Source of the DNA: Pseudomonadota bacterium
GTDB taxonomy: Bacteria > Pseudomonadota > Gammaproteobacteria > JAKBBU01
DNA: 64,000 bases
Assembly (NCBI GenBank): GCA_021808365.1
Contig: JAKBBU010000001.1
Location: 30,615-94,614 of the forward strand
Reading direction: 5' to 3'
In this document: positions 28,754 to 40,361 of the stretch, piece after piece
Layout of the letters: each line of letters opens with the position of its first letter
Position numbering within the stretch: the first letter of the stretch is position 1
Notes under the pieces: model-generated
Told to the model about the DNA's origin: nothing
Seen by the model: only the letters and a program-made list of their open reading frames with translations
Database searches by the model: none
Made by a program: the position numbers and the translations under genes

Positions 28754-29581
28754 TTAACATCTAATTGCGTTAACAACCTTCACCGCCTCCACCGTCTCCC
28801 GTACATCATGCGTACGGATCACATCTGCACCTTGTGCAACTGCCCATGTTGTTGCAGCTAAAGAACCTGCAAGACGTTCTTCAGGTGGAATACCCAACAA
28901 TTCCCCAATGAATGTTTTACGTGAAATACCTACCAACAATGGAAATCCAAGCGATTTAAATTTTGCCAAATTTCTCAATAATTCCAAATTTTCATCACAC
29001 GATTTCCCAAAATTCCCAGCGCCAATACCAGGATCAACCCAAATCCGATCCGGTGCAATCCCTGCTTCTAAACAGGCAGAAATCCGCTGTGCAAGAAATT
29101 GTTTAACTTCACTTATAACACCCGAAGGATAAACATTATGCGCACGATCTTGAGGAGCGCCATGTGGAAACTGCATGTGCATTAAACAAACGGATAAATT
29201 TGTTTCAGCAAGCGCTGACAAGGCACCTGGCTCACGCAATGCCCGTGTATCATTGATCAACGATATACCCAGATCAGCGACAACGCGAATGACATCAGCC
29301 TTACTGGTGTCTACAGAAATAGGAATCGGCAATTCTCGAATAAGCAAACGCAAAGCGGGCAACAAACGTTCCAATTCAAGTTCACAGGAAATTGTAGGAT
29401 GTAATTTGGGTTGCGTAGATTCTGCGCCAATATCAATGATGGTAGCACCCTGCTCTACCATTAAGATTGCACGTTCCAGCGCCATTTCTGGTGATGAAAC
29501 ATGGCTTCCAATAAAGAAGGAATCTGGGGAGAGATTTAAGATCCCCATGACTCGTGGAATATTTTTGCTACTAAACTTCAA
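28754..29581 (-). CDS. folP: Dihydropteroate synthase
   Basis: Pterin-binding domain with the [11 protein letters not shown] and DIGAEST motifs. Confidence 0.9.
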   Translation of the reverse strand: MKFSSKNIPRVMGILNLSPDSFFIGSHVSSPEMALERAILMVEQGATIIDIGAESTQPKLHPTISCELELERLLPALRLLIRELPIPISVDTSKADVIRVVADLGISLINDTRALREPGALSALAETNLSVCLMHMQFPHGAPQDRAHNVYPSGVISEVKQFLAQRISACLEAGIAPDRIWVDPGIGAGNFGKSCDENLELLRNLAKFKSLGFPLLVGISRKTFIGELLGIPPEERLAGSLAATTWAVAQGADVIRTHDVRETVEAVKVVNAIRC

Positions 29582-31509
29582 CTCACCGTACCCGTTGAAG
29601 AGCCATCTTCTTGAACTTGATCTTTAGGTTGAGCAGGATCAACAGATGTTGGAGCAGCCGGCGGTGGTAATTCATCATCAATCCAATCTTTTGGAGGACG
29701 AGGCACTTTCCCTGACATGATTTCTCCAATTTGGAATTCATCGATGGTTTCATACTTCATTAAAGCATCTGCCATGAGATGTAATTTATCAATATTTTCC
29801 TTCAATAATTGCTCAGCACGTTTGTAATTGACTTCAATGATCCGCTTGACTTCTTCATCAATCAAATGAGCAGTATCTTCTGAGAATTCTTTGTGTTTAG
29901 TGACAGAATGCCCAAGGAAGACTTCGCCATCCTCTTCGCCAAACGAAAGTGGTCCGATGCGATCAGATAAACCCCACTTGGTCACCATTGCACGTGCAAT
30001 CTTCGTCGCGCGTTCAATATCATTTGAGGCACCTGTCGTGACATGTTGAGGTCCGAAAATAATAATTTCAGCTAAACGCCCACCAAACAGAGCGGAAATC
30101 TGACTTTCCAAACGTTGCAGGCTGTAACTATAACGATCATCTTCCGGTAAAAAGACGGTAACGCCCAAGGCACGGCCGCGGGGAATGATCGTCACTTTAT
30201 AAACAGGATCGTGTTCAGGCACTAAGCGACCTACGATGGCATGACCTGATTCATGATAAGCCGTTAATTTCTTTTCTTGCTCACTCATCACCATGGTTTT
30301 GCGTTCAACGCCCATGATGATTTTATCTTTGGCTTTTTCCATTTCCGCCATATTGACGGATTTTTTATTCGAGCGAGCTGCATAAAGCGCCGCTTCATTG
30401 ACTAAATTCGCGAGATCCGCACCTGAAAATCCAGGTGTCCCACGCGCAATGACGGATGGAACAACATCATCGCCCGCAGGAATTTTGCGTAAATGAACTT
30501 TAAGAATTTGCTCGCGACCACGAATATCAGGTAGCGACACGACGACTTGCCGATCGAACCGACCTGGGCGCAATAAAGCAGGATCCAGCACATCAGGACG
30601 ATTGGTTGCGGCGATAACGATCACGCCTTCTTTGCCTTCGAAGCCATCCATCTCAACGAGTAATTGATTTAACGTTTGTTCGCGTTCGTCATGTCCACCA
30701 CCAAGACCTGCGCCACGATGGCGACCTACAGCATCGATTTCATCAATAAAAATAATACAGGGTGCTTGTTTTTTTGCTTGTTCAAACATATCGCGTACAC
30801 GCGAAGCTCCGACACCGACAAACATTTCAACAAAGTCAGAACCTGAAATAGAAAAGAAGGGTACTTTTGCTTCGCCGGCAACCGCTTTTGCGAGTAAGGT
30901 TTTACCGGTTCCTGGTGGACCGACCATTAAAATGCCGCGCGGAATTTTGCCGCCTAAATTTTGAAATTTGCTCGGGTCGCGTAAAAAGTCGACTAATTCT
31001 TTAACTTCTTCCTTAGCTTCATCAACGCCCGCGACGTCAGCAAAGGTAACTTGAATTTGATCTTCACTCAATAAGCGCGCGCGACTTCGGCCAAACGACA
31101 TGGCGCCACCGCGCCCACCGCCGCCACTTTGCATTTGGCGCATGAAAAAAATCCAGACGCCGATGAGCAAGAGCATTGGGAACCAACTGACGAAGATGCG
31201 CATGAAGAGCCCGCTTTCTTCTTGGACTTTTCCGCTGACATTGACATTGTGTTTGAGGAGTTGGTTGAGGAGGAAGGGATCTTGCATAGGGATAACGGAG
31301 GAAATCACGCGATTGTTTTGAGTGACCGCCGTGATAGAGTCGTCCACAATTTCAGCTGAGGTGACGTTGCCTTGATCGACTTCTTGTAGGAATTGGCTAT
31401 AGCTGACTTTTTCAGAAGTATTGGCTTTGGAGCCGAAATTGCTGAAGACGAAAATAAGGACGAGGGCAATAATGGCCCATAGGAGAAGATTTTTAAGCAT
31501 GTCGTTCAA
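29578..31509 (-). CDS. ftsH: ATP-dependent zinc metalloprotease FtsH
   Basis: Walker A motif GPPGTGKT, the AAA second region of homology, and the zinc-binding HESGHA. The rlmE-ftsH-folP-glmM order is conserved. Confidence 0.95.
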   Translation of the reverse strand: MNDMLKNLLLWAIIALVLIFVFSNFGSKANTSEKVSYSQFLQEVDQGNVTSAEIVDDSITAVTQNNRVISSVIPMQDPFLLNQLLKHNVNVSGKVQEESGLFMRIFVSWFPMLLLIGVWIFFMRQMQSGGGGRGGAMSFGRSRARLLSEDQIQVTFADVAGVDEAKEEVKELVDFLRDPSKFQNLGGKIPRGILMVGPPGTGKTLLAKAVAGEAKVPFFSISGSDFVEMFVGVGASRVRDMFEQAKKQAPCIIFIDEIDAVGRHRGAGLGGGHDEREQTLNQLLVEMDGFEGKEGVIVIAATNRPDVLDPALLRPGRFDRQVVVSLPDIRGREQILKVHLRKIPAGDDVVPSVIARGTPGFSGADLANLVNEAALYAARSNKKSVNMAEMEKAKDKIIMGVERKTMVMSEQEKKLTAYHESGHAIVGRLVPEHDPVYKVTIIPRGRALGVTVFLPEDDRYSYSLQRLESQISALFGGRLAEIIIFGPQHVTTGASNDIERATKIARAMVTKWGLSDRIGPLSFGEEDGEVFLGHSVTKHKEFSEDTAHLIDEEVKRIIEVNYKRAEQLLKENIDKLHLMADALMKYETIDEFQIGEIMSGKVPRPPKDWIDDELPPPAAPTSVDPAQPKDQVQEDGSSTGTVS

Positions 31510-31583
31510 GGAGGACCCCTTTTCTCAAGACAAAGTATTTTCTCAATTATACGCGTTATTGTTTGAAGATGCTAATTGCCGCC

Positions 31584-31609
31584 GTCATTCCCGCCTCCGC
31601 GGGAATGAC
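31584..31609. repeat. Family-B repeat core (GTCATTCCCGCCTCCGCGGGAATGAC) between ftsH and rlmE
   Basis: Perfect palindrome; this copy lacks the CTGGAT arm. Confidence 0.75.
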
Positions 31610-31639
31610 GGTCCTGTGGTGATCCGATAACAGGAAGAA

Positions 31640-32260
31640 TCATTCGCTTTTAAACCCCCTCGCCAAAAAATACAATTCAGAAGAACGTGCACGTGAAGCA
31701 TCGGGTTTTCGGATCACAACTTTTGTAAAACATGAGCGCAATAATTTAACAATGTCATCAAAGCCAGCACCTTGAAAACCCTTAGCTAAAAACCCCCCAC
31801 CGGGTTTGAGGGTTTTTTGTGCAAAATCGATGGCGCATTCGACTAAATAAACTGAACGCGCTTGATCGGCGGAAGTAACGCCGGACAGATTAGGTGCCAT
31901 ATCGGATAGCACCCAATCTACAGGTTGCGTTAAAAGCGTTTGTAATTGGGTTAATACATCAAGCTCAAGAAAATCACCTTGAATGAAGGTCACGCCAGGA
32001 ATGGGATCCATAGGCAGCAAGTCCATCGCAATAATTTTCCCATTGGACTTGAGTAAATCAGCTGCAACTTGAGACCAACCTCCTGGAGCCGCGCCAAGGT
32101 CCACAAGCGTCATACCGGGTTTGAAGAGTTTATCTTTTTCTTGAAGTTCAAGCAGTTTAAAAGCTGCGCGCGATCGGTAACCGGCTGCCTTGGCTTGCTT
32201 GACATAGGGGTCACTAAAATGTTCTTGCAGCCAGCGGCTGCTGCTTTTTGTGCGGGACAT
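31640..32260 (-). CDS. rlmE: 23S rRNA (uridine2552-2'-O)-methyltransferase RlmE/FtsJ
   Basis: [18 protein letters not shown] is the N-terminal signature of RlmE. The start is chosen at MSRTK, which avoids overlap with the upstream gene. Confidence 0.85.
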   Translation of the reverse strand: MSRTKSSSRWLQEHFSDPYVKQAKAAGYRSRAAFKLLELQEKDKLFKPGMTLVDLGAAPGGWSQVAADLLKSNGKIIAMDLLPMDPIPGVTFIQGDFLELDVLTQLQTLLTQPVDWVLSDMAPNLSGVTSADQARSVYLVECAIDFAQKTLKPGGGFLAKGFQGAGFDDIVKLLRSCFTKVVIRKPDASRARSSELYFLARGFKSE

Positions 32261-32267
32261 AGGGGAA

Positions 32268-32888
32268 TTATACCGTTTTTTGATCCAAAACATTTGGCGA
32301 ATTAACCCATTCCAAAAACGCTTCTCGGCTGTTAGTCTTGTGATTTTCTTTTAACCAAGCCTCATAAGCGGGCAATACTGAATGCCCTATCGTGCGAGAG
32401 TCCACAGCAAAATAAAGATAAGAATCTTGGAGTTTTGCTTTCCAGAGAGAAGGTTCGCCCGATAAAATAATGACTATGGACGAAGCAAAGCCGGTGCGAT
32501 CAATACCGTGACGGCAATGAATCAAAACAGGCCGTGGTGCCTGATTCAAGATATTAACTAATGCCCGCAATTGTTCTGCCGATAGTGTGCCGCGTACAGG
32601 CATGGCGAGATCATAATGCACCGTACCCGTGTCTTTCATCGCCTTCATTTCATCATCGTACCAAGGTTGCCCAGGATTAGAGCCTCGTAAATTAATGACT
32701 GACTTAATGTGATACCTTGGAATATAATGTTCAAAATCGCGTTTAGATAATTGCGCGCTTCGGTAAACTTGATGAGGGATCACAGTAAAAACATGATCGC
32801 CCTTCACAAGATAAAAAATAAAAAGGCCTGTAACACACAGGCCTATTAAGATAAGAAGGCAAGTCTTCTTAAAACGAATGTTTATCAA
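32268..32888 (-). CDS. Membrane-anchored protein tyrosine/dual-specificity phosphatase-like protein
   Basis: N-terminal transmembrane helix ([18 protein letters not shown]) and the CX5R P-loop [10 protein letters not shown], with an Asp-containing general-acid loop upstream. Confidence 0.6.
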   Translation of the reverse strand: MINIRFKKTCLLILIGLCVTGLFIFYLVKGDHVFTVIPHQVYRSAQLSKRDFEHYIPRYHIKSVINLRGSNPGQPWYDDEMKAMKDTGTVHYDLAMPVRGTLSAEQLRALVNILNQAPRPVLIHCRHGIDRTGFASSIVIILSGEPSLWKAKLQDSYLYFAVDSRTIGHSVLPAYEAWLKENHKTNSREAFLEWVNSPNVLDQKTV

Positions 32889-34595
32889 TTACTCGCCTTC
32901 CTTTCCTTCCATTTTTTCCTTCAACAGATCACCCAAAGTTGCTGTACCGATTTCCTTCTCAGTTTTACGGCTGTATTCCTTAATAGCATCAGCTTCTTCT
33001 TTCGCATCTTTTGCTTTGATGGACAAATTGATGATCCGGGTTTTCTTATCAACGCCCATATACTTCGCTTCGATTTCCTCACCGATTTTAAGTTCTATGC
33101 GCCCATCATCCGAACGTTCTTTGCTGACTTCAGAAGCTTTCACAAAACCTTCAATGGAATCACCCAGATCAATTTTCACACCCTTCGTATCAACTTCAAG
33201 AACAACACCTTTAACGATACTGCCTTTTTCCGTCATTTCGACAAAATTATTGAATGGATCATGCTCAAGTTGCTTGATGCCCAATGAAACACGTTCGCGC
33301 TCAGGGTCAATTGCAAGAATGATCGCCTCAACTTCATCACCCTTCTTGTAATTTTTAACCGCTTCTTCACCGGTAACATTCCAAGAAATGTCAGAAAAAT
33401 GGATTAAACCATCAATGTCTCCAGGCAAGCCAATGAAAATACCAAAATCAGTGATCGATTTAATTTTACCGCGAATGCGCTCACCTTTTTTATGGGTTTC
33501 TGAAAACTCTTTCCATGGGTTGGATTTACATTGCTTAATACCCAATGAAATTCGGCGACGCTCACCATCGATGTCTAAGACCATGACTTCAACTTCATTG
33601 CCAAGTTGGACCACTTTTCCAGGGTTGACGTTTTTATTGGTCCAATCCATTTCTGAAGAGTGAACAAGACCCTCAATACCCTCTTCGAGTTCAACAAATG
33701 CACCGTAATCAGTAATATTAGAAACACGTCCAGTCAGGCGTGTATTTACAGGATAACGACGTTGTGCATCGCTCCATGGATCTTCACCCAATTGCTTAAT
33801 GCCTAAAGAAACACGATTGCGTTCGCGATCGATTTTGAGGATTCTGACATTAATTTCATCACCAACAGTGACCACTTCACTAGGATGCTTCACACGTTTC
33901 CAAGACATATCCGTGATATGTAAGAGGCCATCAATCCCGCCCAGATCCACAAATGCGCCGTATTCAGTTAAGTTCTTCACAACACCCTTGATTTCTTGAC
34001 CTTCCAACAAGCTAGCGAGCGATTCTTGGCGTTCTGCACCACCTTCACTCCCGAAATCACGACGAGAAAGAACCACATTGGAACGTTTTTGATCAAATTT
34101 AATGATCTTGAAATCCATTGTTTTGCCTTCAAGATGAGTTTGATCCGTTCGACCACCGATGAGCGATCCTGGCAGGAATGCAACAACGGTGCCTTCTGCC
34201 AATTCAACCCTGAAACCGCCTTTGACTTTCGAAACAACATTACCCGTAACAGGTTCGCTAGACGCAAATTTTTCTTCGAGGATTGCCCATGCTCTGCGTT
34301 GTTTGGCCTTGCCGCGGGAAAGAACAGTGTTACCAAAGGCATCGTCAATCGCATCGATGACTACATCGATTAATTCACCTTCTTTAATGGTAATTTCACC
34401 CGAGGCGTCCTTGAATTCTTCCGTGGGAATTGAACATTCGGATTTCAAACCAGCGTTTAAAATAACGCGATCTGGACGGATGGAGACAACGGTGGCTTGG
34501 ATGAGATCCCCTGGTGCCATTTTGATGTCTTTTAAACTTGCTTCGAATAATTCGGCAAAACTCATTTTCTCTTGTGTAGCCATTTTTGTTTCCAC
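32889..34595 (-). CDS. rpsA: 30S ribosomal protein S1
   Basis: Six S1 domains and the highly conserved N-terminus MxESFAELFEESLK. Confidence 0.95.
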   Translation of the reverse strand: METKMATQEKMSFAELFEASLKDIKMAPGDLIQATVVSIRPDRVILNAGLKSECSIPTEEFKDASGEITIKEGELIDVVIDAIDDAFGNTVLSRGKAKQRRAWAILEEKFASSEPVTGNVVSKVKGGFRVELAEGTVVAFLPGSLIGGRTDQTHLEGKTMDFKIIKFDQKRSNVVLSRRDFGSEGGAERQESLASLLEGQEIKGVVKNLTEYGAFVDLGGIDGLLHITDMSWKRVKHPSEVVTVGDEINVRILKIDRERNRVSLGIKQLGEDPWSDAQRRYPVNTRLTGRVSNITDYGAFVELEEGIEGLVHSSEMDWTNKNVNPGKVVQLGNEVEVMVLDIDGERRRISLGIKQCKSNPWKEFSETHKKGERIRGKIKSITDFGIFIGLPGDIDGLIHFSDISWNVTGEEAVKNYKKGDEVEAIILAIDPERERVSLGIKQLEHDPFNNFVEMTEKGSIVKGVVLEVDTKGVKIDLGDSIEGFVKASEVSKERSDDGRIELKIGEEIEAKYMGVDKKTRIINLSIKAKDAKEEADAIKEYSRKTEKEIGTATLGDLLKEKMEGKEGE

Positions 34596-34697
34596 GGATA
34601 GTTGCTAATTTATTTCCCATAAGGGGCCGTCTTCACAAAAACATGAAGAAATGATAGATTACCAGGATCTATAGATAGTTTCAACCTGTGGAACGAC

Positions 34698-37600
34698 ATG
34701 AAAACAAGACTCTCGCTTTCCCCTATCCTTCCCCAAAAAGCGGGTCACATCATCAAACAAGCAGGTTTTGTAGGAAGTAGTATTGGACTGGCCATGGCGC
34801 AGGCAGCCGATCAACATCCTGGTGTCACCGTCGTGATTACACCGGATAATCGTAGCGCACAGCAATTAGCGTCAGAACTTCTCTTTTTCTATCCTCAAGA
34901 CGATCTGACCTTGCTCAATTTTCCGGATTGGGAAACCCTGCCCTATGATATTTTTTCACCCCATCAAGATTTAGTGTCTGAACGGATCCACACCCTCGCC
35001 CGCCTGTCCTCGCTCTCAAAAGGCGTGTTGATTGTTCCGATCAAAACCTTACTCCAACGATTGGCACCGAAAGAATTCATCGGTGCTCATCATCTCGATG
35101 TGAAAGTGGGTGATCGCATCGACTTAATACGGTTTAAACGCGAATTAGCAAAATGTGCATATCGATCTGTTAATGAAGTCGTAGAGCACAGCGAATATGC
35201 TGTGCGAGGTTCGATCATCGATCTCTTCCCCATGGGCAGTCCACATCCTTATCGGATTGATCTGTTCGATGATGAGATTGAAAGCATTCGAATTTTTGAT
35301 CCTGAAACCCAACGCACCGCGCACAATGTTGATCACATCAGCTTATTGCCCGCGCATGAATTTCCACTGACTGAAGAATCCATCGCAACATTTCGCCAAA
35401 ATTTTCGAGCACGGTTTACGGGAAATCCCTTGTCCTGCCCACTTTATCAAGATGTGAGTCAAGGATTGTGTCCTTCGGGCATCGAATATTATCTGCCCTT
35501 ATTTTTTGATCACACGCTCACGCTGTTTGATTATTTACCCGAAGATTGTTTATTGCTCAGCATGAATGGTTTGATGGAGGCCGCCACAAGTTTTTGGCAA
35601 GAAATTAAAGAGCGTTACGAGCAACGCGCGCATGACATTACGCGCCCTATTTTAAAACCGGACGAATTATATATCACGGTTGATGCTTGCATGGGGCGAT
35701 TGCGTGATTTTCCACAATTGAAATTGCTACAGGAACGCGATCACGATCAAGCCCTCAATGTCAATATTCGTGAATTACCGAATGTGCTCATTGAGCACCG
35801 CAGTTCACATCCACTCTCAGCGCTTGATCAATTCCTCAAGACGCATTCAGGCCGTATTTTATTTGTCGCCGAATCACGCGGGCGACGCGAAGCCTTATTG
35901 GATTTATTAAAAACGATCCATATTCAACCTGAAAGCTATGAGCAGTGGGCAACATTTTTAGACGCTGATGTGAAAACAGGCATTATTGTTGCACCGCTGG
36001 ATCGCGGATTATGGTTGAATGATCCCAATTTGATTGTGCTCACAGAATCACAGCTTTTCGGTGAACACACCGTTTCGCAAGAACGCCGAAAACGCCAACA
36101 CACCGACGTTGAGATGCTGATCCGTAATTTAGCAGAATTGTCGATCGGCGATCCCGTCGTACATATTGATCATGGCGTGGGCCGTTATTTGGGACTGCAA
36201 ACTTTAAAAATTCAGGATTATCCTGAAGAATTTTTACAATTAGAATATGCCGGTGGCGATAAACTTTATGTACCGGTTTCTTCGTTAGATCTGATCAGCC
36301 GCTACAGCGGCAGCGATCCTGAACATGCACCCTTGCATCGTTTGGGAACAGACCAATGGCAGAAAGCTAAACGCAAAGCTGCCGAACAAGCCGAAGATGT
36401 GGCGGCTGAATTATTGGATTTGTATGCCCAACGTGCCGCTCGAAAAGGTCATGCCTTTCCACTGCCGGATGAGCAATACTTTATATTTTCAGCGGGATTT
36501 CCTTATGAAGAAACGCCTGATCAACAATCCGCGATTGCGGCCGTCATCAAAGATTTAGTTTCAGAACAACCCATGGATCGGCTCATTTGCGGCGACGTGG
36601 GTTTTGGAAAAACAGAAGTCGCGCTGCGTGCGGCCTTTTTAACCGTGCAGGGCGGCAAACAAGTGGCCATCTTGGTGCCAACAACCTTGCTGGCTCAACA
36701 ACATTACGAATCGTTTTGCGATCGATTCGCCGATTGGCCGGTGAGTGTTGAATTATTATCGCGCTTTCGAACGAAGAAAGAACAAACTGATGTCATTGCC
36801 CGTTTAAAATCAGGCAAAGTTGATATTCTGATCGGCACACATGCCCTCCTCCAATCGCAAATTTGTTTTAATGATTTAGGCCTCTTGATCATCGATGAAG
36901 AACATCGTTTTGGTGTCAATCAAAAAGAACGCTTAAAAAGCCTGCGCGCTGAAGTGGATATTTTAACCCTCACCGCGACGCCAATCCCGAGAACCTTAAA
37001 CATGGCGATGTCAGGTCTGCGCGAATTATCGATCATCGCGACACCGCCTGCACGCCGTTTATCGATTAAAACCTTTGTGCATGAACATCAACCCGCTTTA
37101 ATCCGTGAAGCGGTTTTGCGGGAAATTTTGCGCGGTGGTCAAGTGTATTATTTACATAATCGTGTTGAAACCATCGAAAAAACCGCTGAAAAATTACGCG
37201 AATGGGTCCCTGAAGCGCGGATCCGTGTCGGCCATGGTCAATTGCATGAACGTGAACTTGAGTCCGTCATGTCTGATTTTTATCACCAGCGTTTTAATGT
37301 GCTAGTTTGCACGACGATCATTGAAACGGGAATTGACGTTCCCACAGCAAATACGATCATCATGGATCGCGCAGATTTGTTTGGATTTGCGCAATTACAT
37401 CAATTGCGAGGCCGCGTCGGTCGCTCGCATCATCAAGCTTATGCTTATTTATTGACTCCTGATCCTAAAACATTGACGAAAGATGCCGAAAAGCGCCTCG
37501 ATGCATTTTCAGCCTTGGAAGATTTAGGGATTGGATTTACATTGGCCACGCACGACATGGAAATTCGCGGTGCAGGTGAATTGCTGGGTGAAAATCAAAG

Positions 37601-38144
37601 TGGACATGTTCATGCGATCGGTTTTTCTTTGTATATGGAATTGCTGGAACGTGCAATTGCCATGATTAAATCCGGTGTTACGCCTGCGCTACAACAACCT
37701 TTACGCCGTGGTGTAGAAATTGATCTGAAAGTCTGCGCGCTGATCCGTGAAGATTATATGCCCGATGTGCACCATCGTTTAGTGTTTTATAAACAATTAG
37801 CCAGCGCCGTTGATTTGAAAAAAATGCGTGATCTGCAAGTTGAAATGATTGATCGTTTCGGTTTATTACCGGATGTCACCAAACATCTTTTTCGTATCGC
37901 CGAACTAAAACTTCATGCAAAACCGCTCGGCATTAAAAAAATCGAAGCTGGCCCTCAAGGCGGTTCCATCGAATTCGATGAAAAACCCAATATTAATTTT
38001 GATAAGTTAATGTCTTGGATCCAACAAAGCCCTCAAAAATATAAATTCAATGGGAAGAATCGATTGGCGTTTACCTTGCCCAGCGAGACCTTTGAAAAGC
38101 GCGTCGAATTGGTTGAGGGGTTGTTGGGTGAGTTGCATTTCTGA
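34698..38144 (+). CDS. mfd: Transcription-repair coupling factor
   Basis: 1148 aa with a UvrB-homology region, an RNA polymerase-interacting domain, a DEAD/DEAH-box helicase (GDVGFGKTEVA, DEEH) and a C-terminal TRCF domain. Confidence 0.95.
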   Translation: MKTRLSLSPILPQKAGHIIKQAGFVGSSIGLAMAQAADQHPGVTVVITPDNRSAQQLASELLFFYPQDDLTLLNFPDWETLPYDIFSPHQDLVSERIHTLARLSSLSKGVLIVPIKTLLQRLAPKEFIGAHHLDVKVGDRIDLIRFKRELAKCAYRSVNEVVEHSEYAVRGSIIDLFPMGSPHPYRIDLFDDEIESIRIFDPETQRTAHNVDHISLLPAHEFPLTEESIATFRQNFRARFTGNPLSCPLYQDVSQGLCPSGIEYYLPLFFDHTLTLFDYLPEDCLLLSMNGLMEAATSFWQEIKERYEQRAHDITRPILKPDELYITVDACMGRLRDFPQLKLLQERDHDQALNVNIRELPNVLIEHRSSHPLSALDQFLKTHSGRILFVAESRGRREALLDLLKTIHIQPESYEQWATFLDADVKTGIIVAPLDRGLWLNDPNLIVLTESQLFGEHTVSQERRKRQHTDVEMLIRNLAELSIGDPVVHIDHGVGRYLGLQTLKIQDYPEEFLQLEYAGGDKLYVPVSSLDLISRYSGSDPEHAPLHRLGTDQWQKAKRKAAEQAEDVAAELLDLYAQRAARKGHAFPLPDEQYFIFSAGFPYEETPDQQSAIAAVIKDLVSEQPMDRLICGDVGFGKTEVALRAAFLTVQGGKQVAILVPTTLLAQQHYESFCDRFADWPVSVELLSRFRTKKEQTDVIARLKSGKVDILIGTHALLQSQICFNDLGLLIIDEEHRFGVNQKERLKSLRAEVDILTLTATPIPRTLNMAMSGLRELSIIATPPARRLSIKTFVHEHQPALIREAVLREILRGGQVYYLHNRVETIEKTAEKLREWVPEARIRVGHGQLHERELESVMSDFYHQRFNVLVCTTIIETGIDVPTANTIIMDRADLFGFAQLHQLRGRVGRSHHQAYAYLLTPDPKTLTKDAEKRLDAFSALEDLGIGFTLATHDMEIRGAGELLGENQSGHVHAIGFSLYMELLERAIAMIKSGVTPALQQPLRRGVEIDLKVCALIREDYMPDVHHRLVFYKQLASAVDLKKMRDLQVEMIDRFGLLPDVTKHLFRIAELKLHAKPLGIKKIEAGPQGGSIEFDEKPNINFDKLMSWIQQSPQKYKFNGKNRLAFTLPSETFEKRVELVEGLLGELHF

Positions 38145-38224
38145 TATTCATCAAGTACAAAGAAGACTGCACCAATGCGCGTTGTGGCATTGATGCAGTC
38201 TTCTTTGTACTTGATGAATATCAG
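38141..38224. repeat. Family-D hairpin repeat overlapping the mfd stop (CTGATATTCATCAAGTACAAAGAAGACTGCACCAATGCGCGTTGTGGCATTGATGCAGTCTTCTTTGTACTTGATGAATATCAG)
   Basis: Perfect 30-bp-arm inverted repeat with the same GCACCAATG core. Confidence 0.8.
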
Positions 38225-38255
38225 AAATGCTATAAGGATAGTATAAAGGTGAACC

Positions 38256-39539
38256 ATGTTTAGTCAGGCACAAAAAAAGCTTCTTTTCCTTTCGGCATTA
38301 GGCGGGGTTTTAGAGTTTTACGATTTTGTTATTTATGCCTTTTTGACGCCGTATCTTTCAAAAGAATTTTTTCCAACGCAAGACCACACCCTTTCTTTAA
38401 TTATGACGTTTGCTACTTTTTCTATTGGTTATTTAGTTAGACCTTTGGGTGGTATTATATTTGGCCATTTCGGAGATAAATTGGGTAGAAAGAAAACATT
38501 TACTTTTTCTATCTTGATCATGGCCTTGTCTACATTAAGTATTGCGTTTATTCCTTCTTATGCAGTAATAGGCATTGCTGCACCGTTTATATTAATTACA
38601 GGTCGTATTTTGCAAGGCTTATCCCTGAGTGGTGAAATTCCGGGTGCTCTTACTTATGTGAGTGAGTCTATGCCAGAGAAAAAAGGTTTCGCTTGTGGCA
38701 TTATCTTTTTTTCACTGATTCTTGGTATCGGTTTTGGTTCTTTGATTTTAGCAATGCTTCAAGCTTGTTTTACTGAACAAGTTTTACTAATTTGGGGTTG
38801 GCGAATTCCATTTGTTATCGGTGGGATTTTTGGTTTATTAAGTTATTTTTTGCGCCGTCAATTAAAAGAGTCTCAACTGTTTCTTAAGATAAAGAATGAA
38901 ACTGCCCGTTTCCCAATTATGGATGTTTTGTTAAAAGCTCCTCGAAATTGCCTGCTTGCTTGCTTTTTGACCGGTTCCAGTGCTGCCGCACCTACTTTGC
39001 TTTTGTTATTCACGCCAACCTACATCACGAGTGTATTAAATATAAGTTCTAATTCCTATGTTTGGTGGAATACTGTAGCTGTTTTTTTAGCTGCTTTTTT
39101 TTCTTTTGTACTAGGATTGCTTGCGGATAAAACAAACCTTAAAGCTTTATGTTTTATTGTGCTTGTTTCTACAATCATTCTTGCTTATCCCATCTTTATC
39201 ATTTTTTCAAATTACTTCGATTTTTACTTTATCGCTCTATTTATGTGCGCTTTTTTAGCAGGCGCCTATGGTGGTAGCATACCTGGTTTTTTACCTGAAT
39301 TATTTGCGACTTCTTATCGTTATAGTGGCATTGCTCTAAGTTACAATGTGGGTTTTGCTATTTTTGGAGGATTAGCCCCACTTGTTGCAATGATATTAAT
39401 TAATAAAACCAATTCTGTAACTTCACCAGCTTTATATTTAGTTTGTATATCGGCTTTAGCAGGTATTGCCTTATATTTTCTTAAGGCAACCAAGCTGGAG
39501 AAATGCGAACAGTCCAATGACGATCCTTATTTAGAATAA
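38256..39539 (+). CDS. MFS transporter, metabolite:H+ symporter (ProP/KgtP-like) family
   Basis: The N-terminus LEFYDFVIYAFLTPYLSKEFFP and the motif GHFGDKLGRKK are MHS-family signatures. 12 transmembrane segments. AT-rich codon usage. Confidence 0.75.
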   Translation: MFSQAQKKLLFLSALGGVLEFYDFVIYAFLTPYLSKEFFPTQDHTLSLIMTFATFSIGYLVRPLGGIIFGHFGDKLGRKKTFTFSILIMALSTLSIAFIPSYAVIGIAAPFILITGRILQGLSLSGEIPGALTYVSESMPEKKGFACGIIFFSLILGIGFGSLILAMLQACFTEQVLLIWGWRIPFVIGGIFGLLSYFLRRQLKESQLFLKIKNETARFPIMDVLLKAPRNCLLACFLTGSSAAAPTLLLLFTPTYITSVLNISSNSYVWWNTVAVFLAAFFSFVLGLLADKTNLKALCFIVLVSTIILAYPIFIIFSNYFDFYFIALFMCAFLAGAYGGSIPGFLPELFATSYRYSGIALSYNVGFAIFGGLAPLVAMILINKTNSVTSPALYLVCISALAGIALYFLKATKLEKCEQSNDDPYLE

Positions 39540-40054
39540 ACAACTTTCTCAGATTCTGGCTGACAAAAATAGTTTGTATAAACCACCTCATCCCATTGTT
39601 GAATCCTATTGTTATGTAATGTAAATATTGCGATAGTTGTTGTTGGATAATAGGTTCCGCGATTGTCATAAATATCTTCATTAAAATGCACAATCAATTT
39701 ATCATCAGCGCTCATAACTTCAAGCAAAGGAAAGCGAATTTTTCCTTGAATATTTTTTCCAACTTGAGAAAAATGAGTATCAAATTGATCATAACCTGTA
39801 TATACTTTTTTGCCATTGATAATAAGGGTCGTGTTTGGCTCAAAATATTTTTCAGTGATATTACGCGAAAGTATTTTACCTTGAGATGCCCAGGCTTTAT
39901 TAATATACGTAAACGTACCAATGATTAATTGTTCCTGAGCCTGAGTTACAGGTCCATCTGTTTTTGTTATAAGTGCTTGAGCTCCTTGTGCAAAAGCATT
40001 TAAACTCATTGAACATAAAAATAAACTGATAACTAAGCGTTTTATTTTTGACAT
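39527..40054 (-). CDS. Hypothetical secreted protein (NTF2/SnoaL-like fold suspected)
   Basis: Signal peptide MSKIKRLVISLFLCSMSLNAFA. No strong motif beyond that. It converges on and overlaps the MFS gene 3' end by about 13 nt. Confidence 0.4.
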   Translation of the reverse strand: MSKIKRLVISLFLCSMSLNAFAQGAQALITKTDGPVTQAQEQLIIGTFTYINKAWASQGKILSRNITEKYFEPNTTLIINGKKVYTGYDQFDTHFSQVGKNIQGKIRFPLLEVMSADDKLIVHFNEDIYDNRGTYYPTTTIAIFTLHNNRIQQWDEVVYTNYFCQPESEKVVYSK

Positions 40055-40058
40055 ACTC

Positions 40059-40361
40059 TTACTCAGCCACTTCTGTAAAATGTCCTGCTGCATATTCGTG
40101 CAACACACTAGCAATAAAGGTCTGGTAAGGTAATCCTTTATAGGCTGCTTTTCGCTTTAGGCGTTGTAAATCTCCGCTTGAAAGACGCAGGGTTACTCGC
40201 TCATCTTTACGAAGAAAATTAGCAGCAGCCTCCTTGGCAAAAGCTTTTTCTTTCTCAAAATTTTTCACGCGTTTCCATTCGCCGCGCTCAACAGATTCAA
40301 GAAGTTCTTGCTCTTCCGGGTCAAGTTTCACGTCAAATACTTTTCGTTTCGTTTTCATCAT
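40059..40361 (-). CDS. brnA: BrnA-family antitoxin (type II TA)
   Basis: The translation …KVFDVKLDPEEQELLESVERGEWKRVKNFEKEKAFAKEAA…VTLRLSSGDLQRLKRKAAYKGLPYQTFIASVLHEYAAG matches the BrnA antitoxin consensus. It overlaps the upstream toxin gene by 4 nt. Confidence 0.65.
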   Translation of the reverse strand: MMKTKRKVFDVKLDPEEQELLESVERGEWKRVKNFEKEKAFAKEAAANFLRKDERVTLRLSSGDLQRLKRKAAYKGLPYQTFIASVLHEYAAGHFTEVAE

